NCBI GenBank assembly: GCA_965198235.1
Contig: OZ240248.1
Span: forward strand, 4,192,001 to 4,256,000
Source: Candidatus Poribacteria bacterium
GTDB lineage: Bacteria; Poribacteria; WGA-4E; WGA-3G
Direction: 5' to 3'
Length of the DNA: 64,000 nt
Below the pieces are notes generated by a model. That model did not search any database and was not told where the DNA came from. It saw only the letters and a program-made list of their open reading frames with translations. This document shows positions 41,351-51,100 of the stretch, piece by piece (positions within the stretch are counted from its first letter, which is position 1; each line of letters starts with the position of its first letter). A program made the translations under genes and the position numbers.

Positions 41351-42298
41351 ATGGCGTATCTGCTCACCGGTGGCATGGGGTGCATCGGTACTTACGTCAT
41401 CCGCGACCTATTGGCCGCCGGTGAAAAGGTAGTCGTTTACGATTTTGCTTATGACCTGACCATCCCCAAAATGGTTCTCACGGATGAACAACTTGAAGGG
41501 TTCACCTTCGTGCAGGGTGACATCACCGATCTGCCACACATCTTGCGCACTATCCAAGAATATGAGATTGATCGGGTTATTCATCTCGCCTCATGGCAAG
41601 TACCGGCGTGCAACGCGAATCCACCAGAGGCGTTAAAGGTGGTTTGCGAAGGCACGATCAACATATTGGAAGCAGCACGTATTTTCAACCTCAAACGTGT
41701 TGTATGGGCAAGCAGTGTTGCCGTCTTCGGAGCACCAGAGGATTACAACCACGAACAGATTCTCAACGATGCACCACACTATCCGAAGTTCATCTACGGT
41801 GCCTGTAAATCCCTCAACGAAAGATACGCAATGCACTATTTTGATGCATACGGTGTGGATTCGATTGGGCTTCGGTTTACTGCGGTCTATGGGGTCGGTA
41901 GAACCCGCGGCATGAGTTCATTCACGACGCAAATGATCGAAGCAGTGGCATTAGGTAAACCACACATCTGTCCGTTTGGTGACGACGCTGTGGATTGGCA
42001 GTATGTGGAAGATGTCTCTCGTTCGATTGTTGTCGCTTGCACCTGCCCAACCACGCAGACCCGCGTCTTCAATGTGAAGGGTGGTATTCGACCCGTCAAA
42101 GACGGCGTGTCATACCTCAAGACCTTGGTGCCAGATGCACAGATTACGCTGGAACCAGGGGTGTTTGGAATCTCGTGGGACTACGACGCGACATCTATCG
42201 CTGAAGAGATTGGATTTACGCCCGACTACACAATGGAGCAAGGGATTCTGAAAACGTTCAATCGTTTTCGGGAACGCGCAGGGTTGGCGCAGGTATAG
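41351..42298 (+). CDS. NAD-dependent epimerase/dehydratase
   Basis: TGGMGCIG, HLAS, ASSVAVFG and YGACK. Confidence 0.9.
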   Translation: MAYLLTGGMGCIGTYVIRDLLAAGEKVVVYDFAYDLTIPKMVLTDEQLEGFTFVQGDITDLPHILRTIQEYEIDRVIHLASWQVPACNANPPEALKVVCEGTINILEAARIFNLKRVVWASSVAVFGAPEDYNHEQILNDAPHYPKFIYGACKSLNERYAMHYFDAYGVDSIGLRFTAVYGVGRTRGMSSFTTQMIEAVALGKPHICPFGDDAVDWQYVEDVSRSIVVACTCPTTQTRVFNVKGGIRPVKDGVSYLKTLVPDAQITLEPGVFGISWDYDATSIAEEIGFTPDYTMEQGILKTFNRFRERAGLAQV

Positions 42299-42358
42299 GG
42301 CAGAAAGCACTCCGACTATTAGAAAATGAAAGAACGATGATGTTGTCCAACCCTCAAC

Positions 42359-43048
42359 CTAATAGTACTTCTTCATTTGTGCCCAGGTGACAGCCAGCTT
42401 CCCGCGAGCATCAACAGACAGTACCTGTTCCCACGGGATATTTTTTCCTTTGGAATCGGCTTGATGTATATCATCAAAGTTCGGATGTCCCCACCCACCG
42501 CTATTGTTATCAACGACAACAATCTGGGCAGTCTTGCCTTTGAATTCAGAGACATCCCACTCTACCCGCGCCATCGTTTCGGTAGCCTTTCCTGTTGCTG
42601 TGCGTACGACTTTTCCTTTAATCTCAAGGTTAACACAACATGGAGCAGGGTCATCCTTCCATGGGTGATTGCCACCGCCCATGAGGAAATTCATTGTCTT
42701 TCCGATAATCGTGAACTCAATTGAGGTGAGGGTGCCTTGGGGTCCATCACCCTGCGTGGCACCTGGCTTCTGTCCGAGTTTTTTTCCTTTCTTCGGACCT
42801 TGGTACTTTTCGTATAAGCCTAACCACCAATCCCCTTGATGTTCAGAGGGCTGACCGCGGTTTCGCGCTGTCGAGTTATCTCCCCAAGTTGGCTGGAAAT
42901 CGAATCCAACATCCTCTTTTTCCCAATCCGTGAGGTCGCCGGTTTCAAAATCGTTGTTAAACGCTCGCCCTGAGGTGATGTTAACGGGCAGAACCAGCAA
43001 GATCAAGAGGACGGAAGGCATCATGAGCGAGAAAAATATTTTTTTCAT
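42359..43048 (-). CDS. Secreted carbohydrate-binding-module-like protein with C-terminal KLAVTW motif
   Basis: Signal peptide; DFETG.L..W, GTLTS..F.I and VDNNSGGWGH..FDDI, resembling accessory modules of GH32 enzymes; tail VDARGKLAVTWAQMK. Confidence 0.7.
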   Translation of the reverse strand: MKKIFFSLMMPSVLLILLVLPVNITSGRAFNNDFETGDLTDWEKEDVGFDFQPTWGDNSTARNRGQPSEHQGDWWLGLYEKYQGPKKGKKLGQKPGATQGDGPQGTLTSIEFTIIGKTMNFLMGGGNHPWKDDPAPCCVNLEIKGKVVRTATGKATETMARVEWDVSEFKGKTAQIVVVDNNSGGWGHPNFDDIHQADSKGKNIPWEQVLSVDARGKLAVTWAQMKKYY

Positions 43049-43171
43049 GAGACGCGTCTCCTTCTATTTGTGAATAATTGTGTGCTACAGGTTATCTGGG
43101 CAGTAACTCGTGAACACACGTCTGAAAGCCGAACAACATCATCGCTTTTCATGATACACGCTTGCGTGTAT

Positions 43172-43284
43172 TAGTAAAATCCACAATTACCTTGACACTG
43201 TAGGGCGAGGATACAATCCTCGCCAGCGGGGATACAATGGGGCTGCTGTCATCTAAAATGTCAACATATTCCCGGATCTTACTA
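43172..43284. mobile_element. 113-bp MITE-like element TAGTAAAATCC...GGATCTTACTA enclosing a GTAG REP
   Basis: 11-bp IR (1 mismatch) with GTAGGGCGAGGATACAATCCTCGCC inside. Solo GGATTTTACTA ends at 38242 and 54747. Confidence 0.65.
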
Positions 43285-43343
43285 TATAATACACTATTGT
43301 GAAAATAATGTCAAGGAAAATCGTGAATTTCGGCGCGAAACGA

Positions 43344-43943
43344 CTACAACAGGTCAACGGTTTGTCTCGCGAAAATCAATCCGATGACGCAGACAATCGC
43401 TGTCAAGGTCCGTTTTTCGCTCTTAATAGCGCGTGCGAAACAAAAATCGTGGGAAGATGGTTCGGGATAGGGATGAAATTGCGGAATAAATCGGGGCACC
43501 TGCTCTTGGTATGCTTGATAAACCGGACCGCAGGATTCCTTCAGATACGCCTCTTCTACGACAATAATCGGTAAGTATTGAAAGAAATAGCCAACAACCA
43601 ACACTGCTACCAGCCAATAGACATTCGCAACAAAACAAACGCCAAGACTGAGCAGAAAATTACCGAGATAGAGCGGATTGCGGACGTAACTATAGGGACC
43701 CGTTGTGACGAGATCTCGCGCGGCACCGAGGGTTCTTGCACGGGTGGATGCTCCCGCATATCCGACCGCCCATATCCTGAGAAATTCACCTACAGCAATG
43801 AACAGCACACCAACTCCTACTGTGTACCACACAGGTTCAGCAAAATAGAGTAGCACGAGGATAAAAGGGATAGGTGTGAAACTGCGGATTTTGAAGAAGA
43901 AGTTGCCAACCCGTAAGGTAGCATAGACTGTTAGTCTGTGCAT
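43344..43943 (-). CDS. Isoprenylcysteine carboxyl methyltransferase (Ste14/PEMT) family membrane protein
   Basis: LVTTGPYSYVRNPLYLG, EE.YL and Y...VPRFIP. Start uncertain. Confidence 0.85.
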   Translation of the reverse strand: MHRLTVYATLRVGNFFFKIRSFTPIPFILVLLYFAEPVWYTVGVGVLFIAVGEFLRIWAVGYAGASTRARTLGAARDLVTTGPYSYVRNPLYLGNFLLSLGVCFVANVYWLVAVLVVGYFFQYLPIIVVEEAYLKESCGPVYQAYQEQVPRFIPQFHPYPEPSSHDFCFARAIKSEKRTLTAIVCVIGLIFARQTVDLL

Positions 43944-44051
43944 TTGTAAGCCAAAGCATTTAGCCTGAAACGAAGTGGAAGGCGGATATACGGAAAAAGA
44001 TATGCCTGGCAGAACCCACCTCAACGAACCGCAAGGAATAATTAAAAAACG

Positions 44052-45113
44052 CTATTTCGGTGTACGCCAGATCATGATACCCCCAACAATAGCGTACAGG
44101 ATGTTCGCTCCCCAACAAGCGAGAAACGGATGAAGCTTACCACTTTCACTCAATCCTTCAAGAATCGCGAAGGAGAGTGCCCAATAGAGAAAAGAGAGGA
44201 AGAAAGCCATCACCAACCCCGCAAAGAAACCTGCTCTACCAAAACGGATAGCGACAGGCGCGCCAAGCATAATAACAACGACAGCTGCGAATGGATACGC
44301 TGTTTTGTGATACAACTTTACCTGCTCTTTGCGCGAAATCTGTCCCGCTTCCTGTTTATAGGCGATCTGTTGACGGAGTTCTTCGATTGTCATCGCCCTT
44401 GGATCTTTTTCACTCCCAATAAAACGGGCAGGATCTTCGTGTCGTTCAATCGCATGTGTATCAAACGCTTCATAACTCACCTCGACCCCGTTTTCAAAGT
44501 GGCGAATGTACCCATCAGTCAATTGCCACTGGGTAGGTGTCCACGCCGCTGACTTCGCGAACGTCACACGAGCGAGTTTCCCCTCTGTATCATATTCATA
44601 GATAGTGAGTTGTTGGATTTTGCGAGCGTCCAAGGCGATCCGCTGTGAGTAAAAGATACGGTCGCTTTTGCCTTTGAAGACGATGTTCCTGCCGCGACGC
44701 GGTCTAACCTTATTTTGTAAGAGATGCGCTTCATGAAAGGCAGGCGACGCGACCCGATTATAAAAAAGCGCGAAGAGTCCACAAATAACGAGCGTTACAA
44801 TCAAAACAGGAACGAGAAGCCGGTAAACACTTAGACCACCCGCCTTCATAGCAGTGAACTCGTTGCTTTGTACCATCCTACCCAGTACAAAAAAGATAGC
44901 CACAAATGCAGCAACGGGTACCACCTCCATAATCCGACGTGGTGCTTGGAAGAGCACAATTTTAACAGCCGTCATATAAGCGACATCATCATCAAACTTT
45001 TTGATGTCCTTATCCAGCAAACGCACGATAATAATCAAGGTGATAAAGAACAAAAGCCCGACAAAAAAGGCTTTGAGGTATTCACGAAGCAGGTACCGAT
45101 CTAAAATATTCAA
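44052..45113 (-). CDS. lptG: LPS export ABC transporter permease LptG
   Basis: ILDRYL, NE..AMKAGG.S.YRL, K.AYPFA and W.ANI motifs. TTG start. Downstream of lptF. Confidence 0.85.
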   Translation of the reverse strand: MNILDRYLLREYLKAFFVGLLFFITLIIIVRLLDKDIKKFDDDVAYMTAVKIVLFQAPRRIMEVVPVAAFVAIFFVLGRMVQSNEFTAMKAGGLSVYRLLVPVLIVTLVICGLFALFYNRVASPAFHEAHLLQNKVRPRRGRNIVFKGKSDRIFYSQRIALDARKIQQLTIYEYDTEGKLARVTFAKSAAWTPTQWQLTDGYIRHFENGVEVSYEAFDTHAIERHEDPARFIGSEKDPRAMTIEELRQQIAYKQEAGQISRKEQVKLYHKTAYPFAAVVVIMLGAPVAIRFGRAGFFAGLVMAFFLSFLYWALSFAILEGLSESGKLHPFLACWGANILYAIVGGIMIWRTPK

Positions 45114-45189
45114 GACACGCGTCCTATATAAAATATTTCCAATTTTTACAGGGTTGAAAACTGCGTCTGCATACGGCGGGAGGTCTCGG

Positions 45190-46392
45190 TTACGATTCGA
45201 CTTTCCTACTGACGACAAGCGGCATTTTACTGTCCCGGTCCCGCCACGTCCGCAGCGTCCCTTCACCTATCATACGGATACTGAGAAGAACGCCGAACGC
45301 ACCAATAGCAATATTGGGAAGCCACATGGCAAGTGCAGGAGATAACATACCGTTCAAACCTGCACTTTGACCGATTTGAAGCAGTAAGTAGTAAACTAAG
45401 ATCACAGCTAAGCCGACACCAAACCCAATCATCCTACCGCTCTGTTTCACCATCAACCCAAGCGGCACGCCCATTAACCCGAATGCCAAACAGGCGAAAG
45501 GGATAGAGAACTTTTTGTGATACTCAACCTGCGCAAAACGGAGTTTACTAAGGGTGTAGTCAGGGTTTTGGCTGGTTGGTACCGCGGCTGCCAACGTATT
45601 GATGAATGCCTTGAGTTGGACGATACTCATTGACCGTGGTGTTTGGTTCTGAAACGCGCCGCGCTCCAGATCCTCGGTCAACTGCAGTGCCAGTTGTTGC
45701 TGCTGGAACTTTGTTACACGGTATGCCTCTGAATCATCGGTTGTTGGTTCGTAAGTGAGCCCATCGTAAAGCGTGAGCATAGCTCTACCCCCTTCAAAAC
45801 CGAGGGTGCCTTCTCGGGCGTGACTGAACCGAGGACGCCCAGTCCAGATACCATCCCAGATTTTGACATCCTGCATGCGACCACTTGTGGCATCCGTGGA
45901 TTCGTACATCCACAGTTTGCCTTCTCTCTCCAACTCTTTCATGACGGTGGCTTCTTCCAAAACGAACGTCGGATTGTGTCTTTGGATGTCGCGTTTGAGT
46001 GTCGCGTAAGCAAGGTTCGCCTTTGGCAGCGCGTAGTCCATCAATCCAAGATCAACGACGCTCAGCACCGCTGCAATGCCTAAAAGGGGAAGCATAAGAT
46101 GATGGAAAGCGACACCGTGTGCTTTCATCGCGATGATCTCATTATCGGTAGAGAGCCTTCCGAGAGAAAGTAAAATTGCGACCAAAGCCGCCATCGGAAG
46201 AGATAACACAACCGTCGCCGGCATCACATAGGTGAGCAATTCGACAAGGTAAATCGGACTTATCCCCTTCTGCACAAAAAGCTTCGTCAACCGAAAGAGG
46301 TCATCGAAGATGAGGATAAAGGTAAAACAGATAAGTGCTATTATGAACGGTGGAAAAAATTCTTTAAGTAGATACCGCGCTAATATTCTCAT
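45190..46392 (-). CDS. lptF: LPS export ABC transporter permease LptF
   Basis: ILARYLLKE, LGRLSTDNEIIAMKA, EYHKKFSIPFAC and MWLPN. Confidence 0.88.
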   Translation of the reverse strand: MRILARYLLKEFFPPFIIALICFTFILIFDDLFRLTKLFVQKGISPIYLVELLTYVMPATVVLSLPMAALVAILLSLGRLSTDNEIIAMKAHGVAFHHLMLPLLGIAAVLSVVDLGLMDYALPKANLAYATLKRDIQRHNPTFVLEEATVMKELEREGKLWMYESTDATSGRMQDVKIWDGIWTGRPRFSHAREGTLGFEGGRAMLTLYDGLTYEPTTDDSEAYRVTKFQQQQLALQLTEDLERGAFQNQTPRSMSIVQLKAFINTLAAAVPTSQNPDYTLSKLRFAQVEYHKKFSIPFACLAFGLMGVPLGLMVKQSGRMIGFGVGLAVILVYYLLLQIGQSAGLNGMLSPALAMWLPNIAIGAFGVLLSIRMIGEGTLRTWRDRDSKMPLVVSRKVES

Positions 46393-46607
46393 ATTTTTGA
46401 TGGAGCCGTAGATGTTTCACGATAGACGCGCTTTGCGGACATATCAATCAACAGATTTCAATAATTATTGGTTTCACTATAAACTGATACCATTCTTTTT
46501 TTGTTAGTTGATTTGTGCTGAAAAAACCTTCATAATTTAATACATTAGTGGTAGCACACCCTGATTTTAATTTGAAATTTTGCTATGAAAGATGTTATCA
46601 TACCCAC

Positions 46608-47087
46608 ATGAACCTTACGCTTGAATCAATTCAACTTACAACTGATGACTTGGTGGACGTAGCGGCACGTCATACTTCTGCCCAAGAAATCTACTCTCCA
46701 ACAGCCCCAAGGCGACCGACTGCCCAATTCGGTTGGCGCGACAGATGGTGGTTAAATCACACAGCCACACAGCAAGTTGTCATCAATTACTGGTTCTTCG
46801 AGTCACACGATGAAGCACACACAGCCGCTGATGAAGGCAGATTTCGGCTCTCAGCGCAGACCGTTTCAAAATTGGGTGGACGTGATTCCATCTATCAACC
46901 CCCACCAGATGACAAACATGGATTGGGTGATGTGGTGTGGCAGGCTGGAGCAAATTTCCTGTTCGTACAACAGACTATCGTCGTGCTGGTCGCCGAAATA
47001 GGAGGGCAGGTTCCCGAGGAAACAACCCTCCATATCGCCAAAAAAATTTCCAAGAAAATCCAGAGCGCGCTGCCGTCGAAACAGTAA
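46608..47087 (+). CDS. Hypothetical protein
   Basis: 159-aa ORF filling the intergenic gap; no recognised motif. Confidence 0.6.
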   Translation: MNLTLESIQLTTDDLVDVAARHTSAQEIYSPTAPRRPTAQFGWRDRWWLNHTATQQVVINYWFFESHDEAHTAADEGRFRLSAQTVSKLGGRDSIYQPPPDDKHGLGDVVWQAGANFLFVQQTIVVLVAEIGGQVPEETTLHIAKKISKKIQSALPSKQ

Positions 47088-47108
47088 CCGTGTAAACGTA
47101 AACACAAC

Positions 47109-48173
47109 CTAATAATCTTGATACCACGTTGCGGATTGCTTGGCAATCTGAACGTTTTCCACACCACCAAATTGGCGATGCTTAAACCACGGTAACGCGT
47201 TCTCCGCCGCAGCGTTTGCGTTCTTGAAGTTCGTTGTTGCTTCGTTTTCCAAGAACTGCTTAACTGCCCCAGTGTCAGGATAGTATTGGACAGCATCTTT
47301 CCAGATGGCTCTTCCACAGAGGAAACCACTTGCACCGGCACCGGTCGCGAGGTCAACATTTTCGATGAATTCCTCAATATCCACACCGGCACTCAAAATT
47401 ACCCACGGCAGTGTCGAGGTTTCGTCTAATTTCTGGCAGATTTCCTTCACTTCAGCGAGTTCATACGCCGAGTCTCCTGCATAAAAACTGGCATTTTGAT
47501 AATCTGCTGTATATTTCAGATCGGCAGGAAATTCTAATTTCAGAATGTCAACTTTGTAGCTTGGATCCGTGAACTCCGCGACACTCCGAATCACAAGGTC
47601 GGGTTTCTGTTTCGCGAAGGCGACGCTCTTCGCCGTACCTTCAAGGGCGTAACTGACTAATTCCAACAAAAACGGCAAATCTTGCTTTTCGCATTCGTCC
47701 CCGACATGACGCACAAAGGCTTGCTGGTGTTCAAGAGTTTCCGCGGAGGCATCAGGGTGGTAATAGGCGAGGAGTTTAATAGCATCTGCACCGGCGCGCT
47801 GTGCCTTGGCGATGCTCCAGTTGGCAATCGGATTGGAGAGACGTTCGTTCTCACCAACCCCTTCGCTGACATAGCCCGATTCTTCATAGGCTAACAGCAA
47901 TGCGACATCCCGTGGAATCTGGGTAATAGAGTACGGATGCCCGTAAATTGGGTCGGTCAGAACCGCTGTGGCATTTGGAGAAAGGGCCCGGGTAATCAAA
48001 GTTTTCAGTGCTGCGACATCTTCGTATTGGACATCGGCTTTGTCCTTATCGAGTGCATCTGCGAGTGCCTGTACCATGGAACCACGCTGGTCAATCGCCA
48101 TCATTTTAAAGCGACCCTTCGCATCGGCGAGTTTCATGATACCCCGCAATTTACCAGAGGAAATATCGTTCAT
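47109..48173 (-). CDS. lacD: Tagatose-1,6-bisphosphate aldolase (class I; LacD/sulfofructosephosphate aldolase family)
   Basis: AIDQRGS, KLL.YY.PD, DILKLEFP, ILSAGV and SGFLCGRAIW. Confidence 0.85.
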   Translation of the reverse strand: MNDISSGKLRGIMKLADAKGRFKMMAIDQRGSMVQALADALDKDKADVQYEDVAALKTLITRALSPNATAVLTDPIYGHPYSITQIPRDVALLLAYEESGYVSEGVGENERLSNPIANWSIAKAQRAGADAIKLLAYYHPDASAETLEHQQAFVRHVGDECEKQDLPFLLELVSYALEGTAKSVAFAKQKPDLVIRSVAEFTDPSYKVDILKLEFPADLKYTADYQNASFYAGDSAYELAEVKEICQKLDETSTLPWVILSAGVDIEEFIENVDLATGAGASGFLCGRAIWKDAVQYYPDTGAVKQFLENEATTNFKNANAAAENALPWFKHRQFGGVENVQIAKQSATWYQDY

Positions 48174-48340
48174 TTACTTCTCCTTTTTCAGTGGCTATCG
48201 GAAACCATCAGTTTGCTTCGCAGTGAGAATCGTCAGTTAAGAAGTTGATTTGTAACAATTCATCGCCCCTTGCGGTACTCCAGGGTGAGGTGATTTGTTA
48301 TAGGAAACCTCTTAACCGATAACCGATGACTGATAACTAC

Positions 48341-49405
48341 TTAGTATTCACGTTCAACGAAAAAACGGATTAAAGAGAAAAACAGTTGCTTTGCCCGTCC
48401 ATCAGGGAGATCGGCGAAATTGTTCTTAAACCGTCCAGCGGCTTCCTGTAAGAGTGCCTGAGACCGCTGTTGGGCATAGGCAATCGATTTATATTTTCGC
48501 ATTAAGTGGAGTACGCTCTCGACCTCTGCCTCGGTTTTCTCATCACGGGGACGTGCCATGATGTCAATCACATGCTGGGCTTCAGCCGAACTGCAAGCAT
48601 TGATAAGATGAATAAGAACGAGGGTACGTTTGCCTTCACTAATGTCCCCAGCAATCTCTTTTCCATACCTGCCGACATCGCCGATCAGGTTAAGGACATC
48701 GTCCTGAATTTGAAAGGCGACTCCGAGTTCTTTGCCGAGTTCTACGAGTCCATCTATTTCTGTTTCACTTGCGCCGCCAATGATTGCACCAACCCGACAC
48801 GGTGTGATACAGGTATACCACGCAGTTTTCTGTACGCACATCGTTAAGTAGTCATCTTCATCGAGATCCCAGCGGTTATCGCTAACCCAACTCAATTCAA
48901 TGTGCTGTCCCTCAACGACTTGGTTGCTGAGCTGTATGAATTCAGATAAAATGCGGAAGGCGAGTTGATGTCCGAGAATCTCAGTGTTTCGGTGCAGCAT
49001 CTCCCACATCTTGCAGTGGAGGGCATCCCCAACGTTGATAGCCATTGGGATCCCGTGCTTTTGATGGAGACACGGTTCGCCTCTGCGGAGCTCGGAACCA
49101 TCTTCAATATCGTCGTGAATCAGGAGCCAATTCTGGAGGAGTTCAAGTGAGGCAGCGGTGTTAACAGCGCGCTGCGTATCGCCGCCAAACGCCTCGCACA
49201 TGAGCATGCAGAGCGCGGGACGTAACCCTTTCGCGGCGCGGCGCGGGTAGTCTAACATCATCTGGTACAACTGATGGACATCCGGGTGCTTGTGGGTAGT
49301 CGGGAGAAAATCAAAAATACAGGCATCAACCCTACTTTTGACATCACTGAGGTATGTTGTGACAAGATGCTTTGTTGGTGAGGGTTCTTGTCCAGTTTTC
49401 TGCAT
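48341..49405 (-). CDS. Polyprenyl diphosphate synthase (GGPP synthase-like)
   Basis: LIHDDIED..RRG, GQ, KT, FQIQDD and DISEGKRT. Confidence 0.92.
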   Translation of the reverse strand: MQKTGQEPSPTKHLVTTYLSDVKSRVDACIFDFLPTTHKHPDVHQLYQMMLDYPRRAAKGLRPALCMLMCEAFGGDTQRAVNTAASLELLQNWLLIHDDIEDGSELRRGEPCLHQKHGIPMAINVGDALHCKMWEMLHRNTEILGHQLAFRILSEFIQLSNQVVEGQHIELSWVSDNRWDLDEDDYLTMCVQKTAWYTCITPCRVGAIIGGASETEIDGLVELGKELGVAFQIQDDVLNLIGDVGRYGKEIAGDISEGKRTLVLIHLINACSSAEAQHVIDIMARPRDEKTEAEVESVLHLMRKYKSIAYAQQRSQALLQEAAGRFKNNFADLPDGRAKQLFFSLIRFFVEREY

Positions 49406-49593
49406 TGCTTTCCTTATCTTTTTCGCTATCTTTTTATTTTACTCAGTCCTCCCATAATTTCGTCGGATCCCTGAGCACGAATATCAAGCTTTATCAAGCG
49501 TTGACTCGCAAGTTTTGCTTTAGAATTATAACACATTGTGGGGTGAAAATCAAATTTTTGTTGAACAAGGTGTGTAGAATATTTGTCCACTGT

Positions 49594-49630
49594 CTGAATC
49601 AGGATTTACAGGATTAGAGGATTTACAGGA
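49594..49630 (+). repeat. Short tandem repeat with 9-bp AGGATTTAC/AGGATTAG units
   Basis: CTGAATCAGGATTTACAGGATTAGAGGATTTACAGGA. Confidence 0.6.
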
Positions 49631-49650
49631 GGACTCCTGAGCAACTCTCA

Positions 49651-49736
49651 CTTTCACGGAAGCTTCACGGAGGTTTTCACGGATGTAGGCGTGACGTGGG
49701 TTGCTAAGGGGCAACATGCCACCTCTCCGTGAAAAA
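49651..49736. repeat. 86-bp dispersed repeat with TTTCACGGA / TCCGTGAAA ends, copy 1
   Basis: Same length and clearly similar to 54781-54866. Confidence 0.85.
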
Positions 49737-49984
49737 GCGAGAATGGTTTTCATCGGGTGTCCCCTTCTGGAGATAGTAAATCATATTTGGACACGGGTGT
49801 CAACCTCAAAAAACGTGATGTCCGGCTACGGAGCTTGGCAATCGGGAGGCATGGGGAAACTCACTCAGAAGGGGAAGTCATCACAAGGGCTTCCCGAAGG
49901 AACTTATTCATGTGGTAAATCAGGGTCTATGACTTTATCACACGCGAGTTCTGTAGGTTAATTCCGGGTTTCACCTCTTACGCT

Positions 49985-50221
49985 CTACAAGTCATCCAAG
50001 TCAAGTGCGATGAATCGGTACCCAAGCGGTTTTATCCGATCGACTAAAGTTTCTCGTAATTGGAGGGCACGCGTAAATTGTGCCTCCGAAACCTGTATCC
50101 GTAAAACTGGGGCGTGGTCAAAAAGTGAAACGTCTTCAAGCTCGAATTCGCTCAGGATCTGCTTGACCTCTACCAATGCAGTGGAACTCTCGGCTTGCAC
50201 CGTGTCGGGATCTTTTGCCAT
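49985..50221 (-). CDS. Small protein resembling the C-terminal domain of LarE
   Basis: VLRIQV...LRETLVDRIKPLGYRFIALDL. ATG immediately after the SDR stop. Confidence 0.55.
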   Translation of the reverse strand: MAKDPDTVQAESSTALVEVKQILSEFELEDVSLFDHAPVLRIQVSEAQFTRALQLRETLVDRIKPLGYRFIALDLDDL

Positions 50222-50222
50222 C

Positions 50223-51029
50223 TTAGGACTGTCGCCTCCAGTCGCTACCTGCCATGAATCCACCATCAACGAAAACCATCTGCCCGGTAACAAAATCAGA
50301 GGCGTTAGAAGCGAAGAAGATTGTCAATCCTGCCAAGTCTTCGGGTTCACCCCATCGATCTGCAGGTGTCCGATTGAGAATCCACCGGTTTCGGTTGTCC
50401 TCACGTGCAGGGGCAGTCATCTCGGTTCGGATGAAGCCAGGGGCAATGCCGTTGACTTGAATATTGTGTTCCGCCCATTCCACTGCGAGCAGTTTTGTCA
50501 ACTGGAGCAGTCCACCCTTCGCCGCCGTATAGGCGACACTCGTCGGCAGTCCGATCGCCGAGGTGAGCGACAATGTGTTGATTACCTTCCCCGATTTTTG
50601 TCGCTGCATGACATTACCGCAAGCTTTTGCCAGAAAAAACGCGCCCTTCAGATTAACATCCGTAACGAAGTCCCAATCCGCCTCGGTAAATTCCAAGGCA
50701 GGATTGCGTATATTGACCCCAGCGTTGTTAACGAGGACATCAAGCCGCCCCAAAGTCTCCACAGTCTGCGCGACGAGCGCGTCAATTTCTGTAAGATTGC
50801 TGACATCCGCCTGAATAGGGAGGACTTTTCTACCGGTTTCACCGGCAATCCGTTCAGCGACGGGGGTCAAGGTCTCTATCTTCCGACCCACAACGACGAG
50901 ATCTGAACCTGCACCAGCAAGCCCTTCTGCCATTGCAAGCCCAATGCCGCGACTCGCCCCAGTGACGAGACTCACCTTACCATCCAACTGAAATTGCTGG
51001 ACGATGTCCGTAGCAGATTTCTGATTCAT
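50223..51029 (-). CDS. SDR oxidoreductase (gluconate 5-dehydrogenase/KduD-like)
   Basis: TGASRGIG, NNAG, YTAAKGG, NGIAPG and TPADRWG.PEDL. Confidence 0.9.
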   Translation of the reverse strand: MNQKSATDIVQQFQLDGKVSLVTGASRGIGLAMAEGLAGAGSDLVVVGRKIETLTPVAERIAGETGRKVLPIQADVSNLTEIDALVAQTVETLGRLDVLVNNAGVNIRNPALEFTEADWDFVTDVNLKGAFFLAKACGNVMQRQKSGKVINTLSLTSAIGLPTSVAYTAAKGGLLQLTKLLAVEWAEHNIQVNGIAPGFIRTEMTAPAREDNRNRWILNRTPADRWGEPEDLAGLTIFFASNASDFVTGQMVFVDGGFMAGSDWRRQS

Positions 51030-51100
51030 ATTTCGCTCCAATTCGTGTTATACCAATTAACCAAGTTTATTCCGTCCAATCCTATTTGTTATCGGCTAAT

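Noticed and set aside
49701-49961. 86-aa + strand ORF in the intergenic region
   Set aside because: Starts inside a dispersed repeat, with no RBS and no recognisable motif.
50010-50906. 298-aa + strand ORF
   Set aside because: Antisense shadow of the SDR gene, a common artefact; no motifs.
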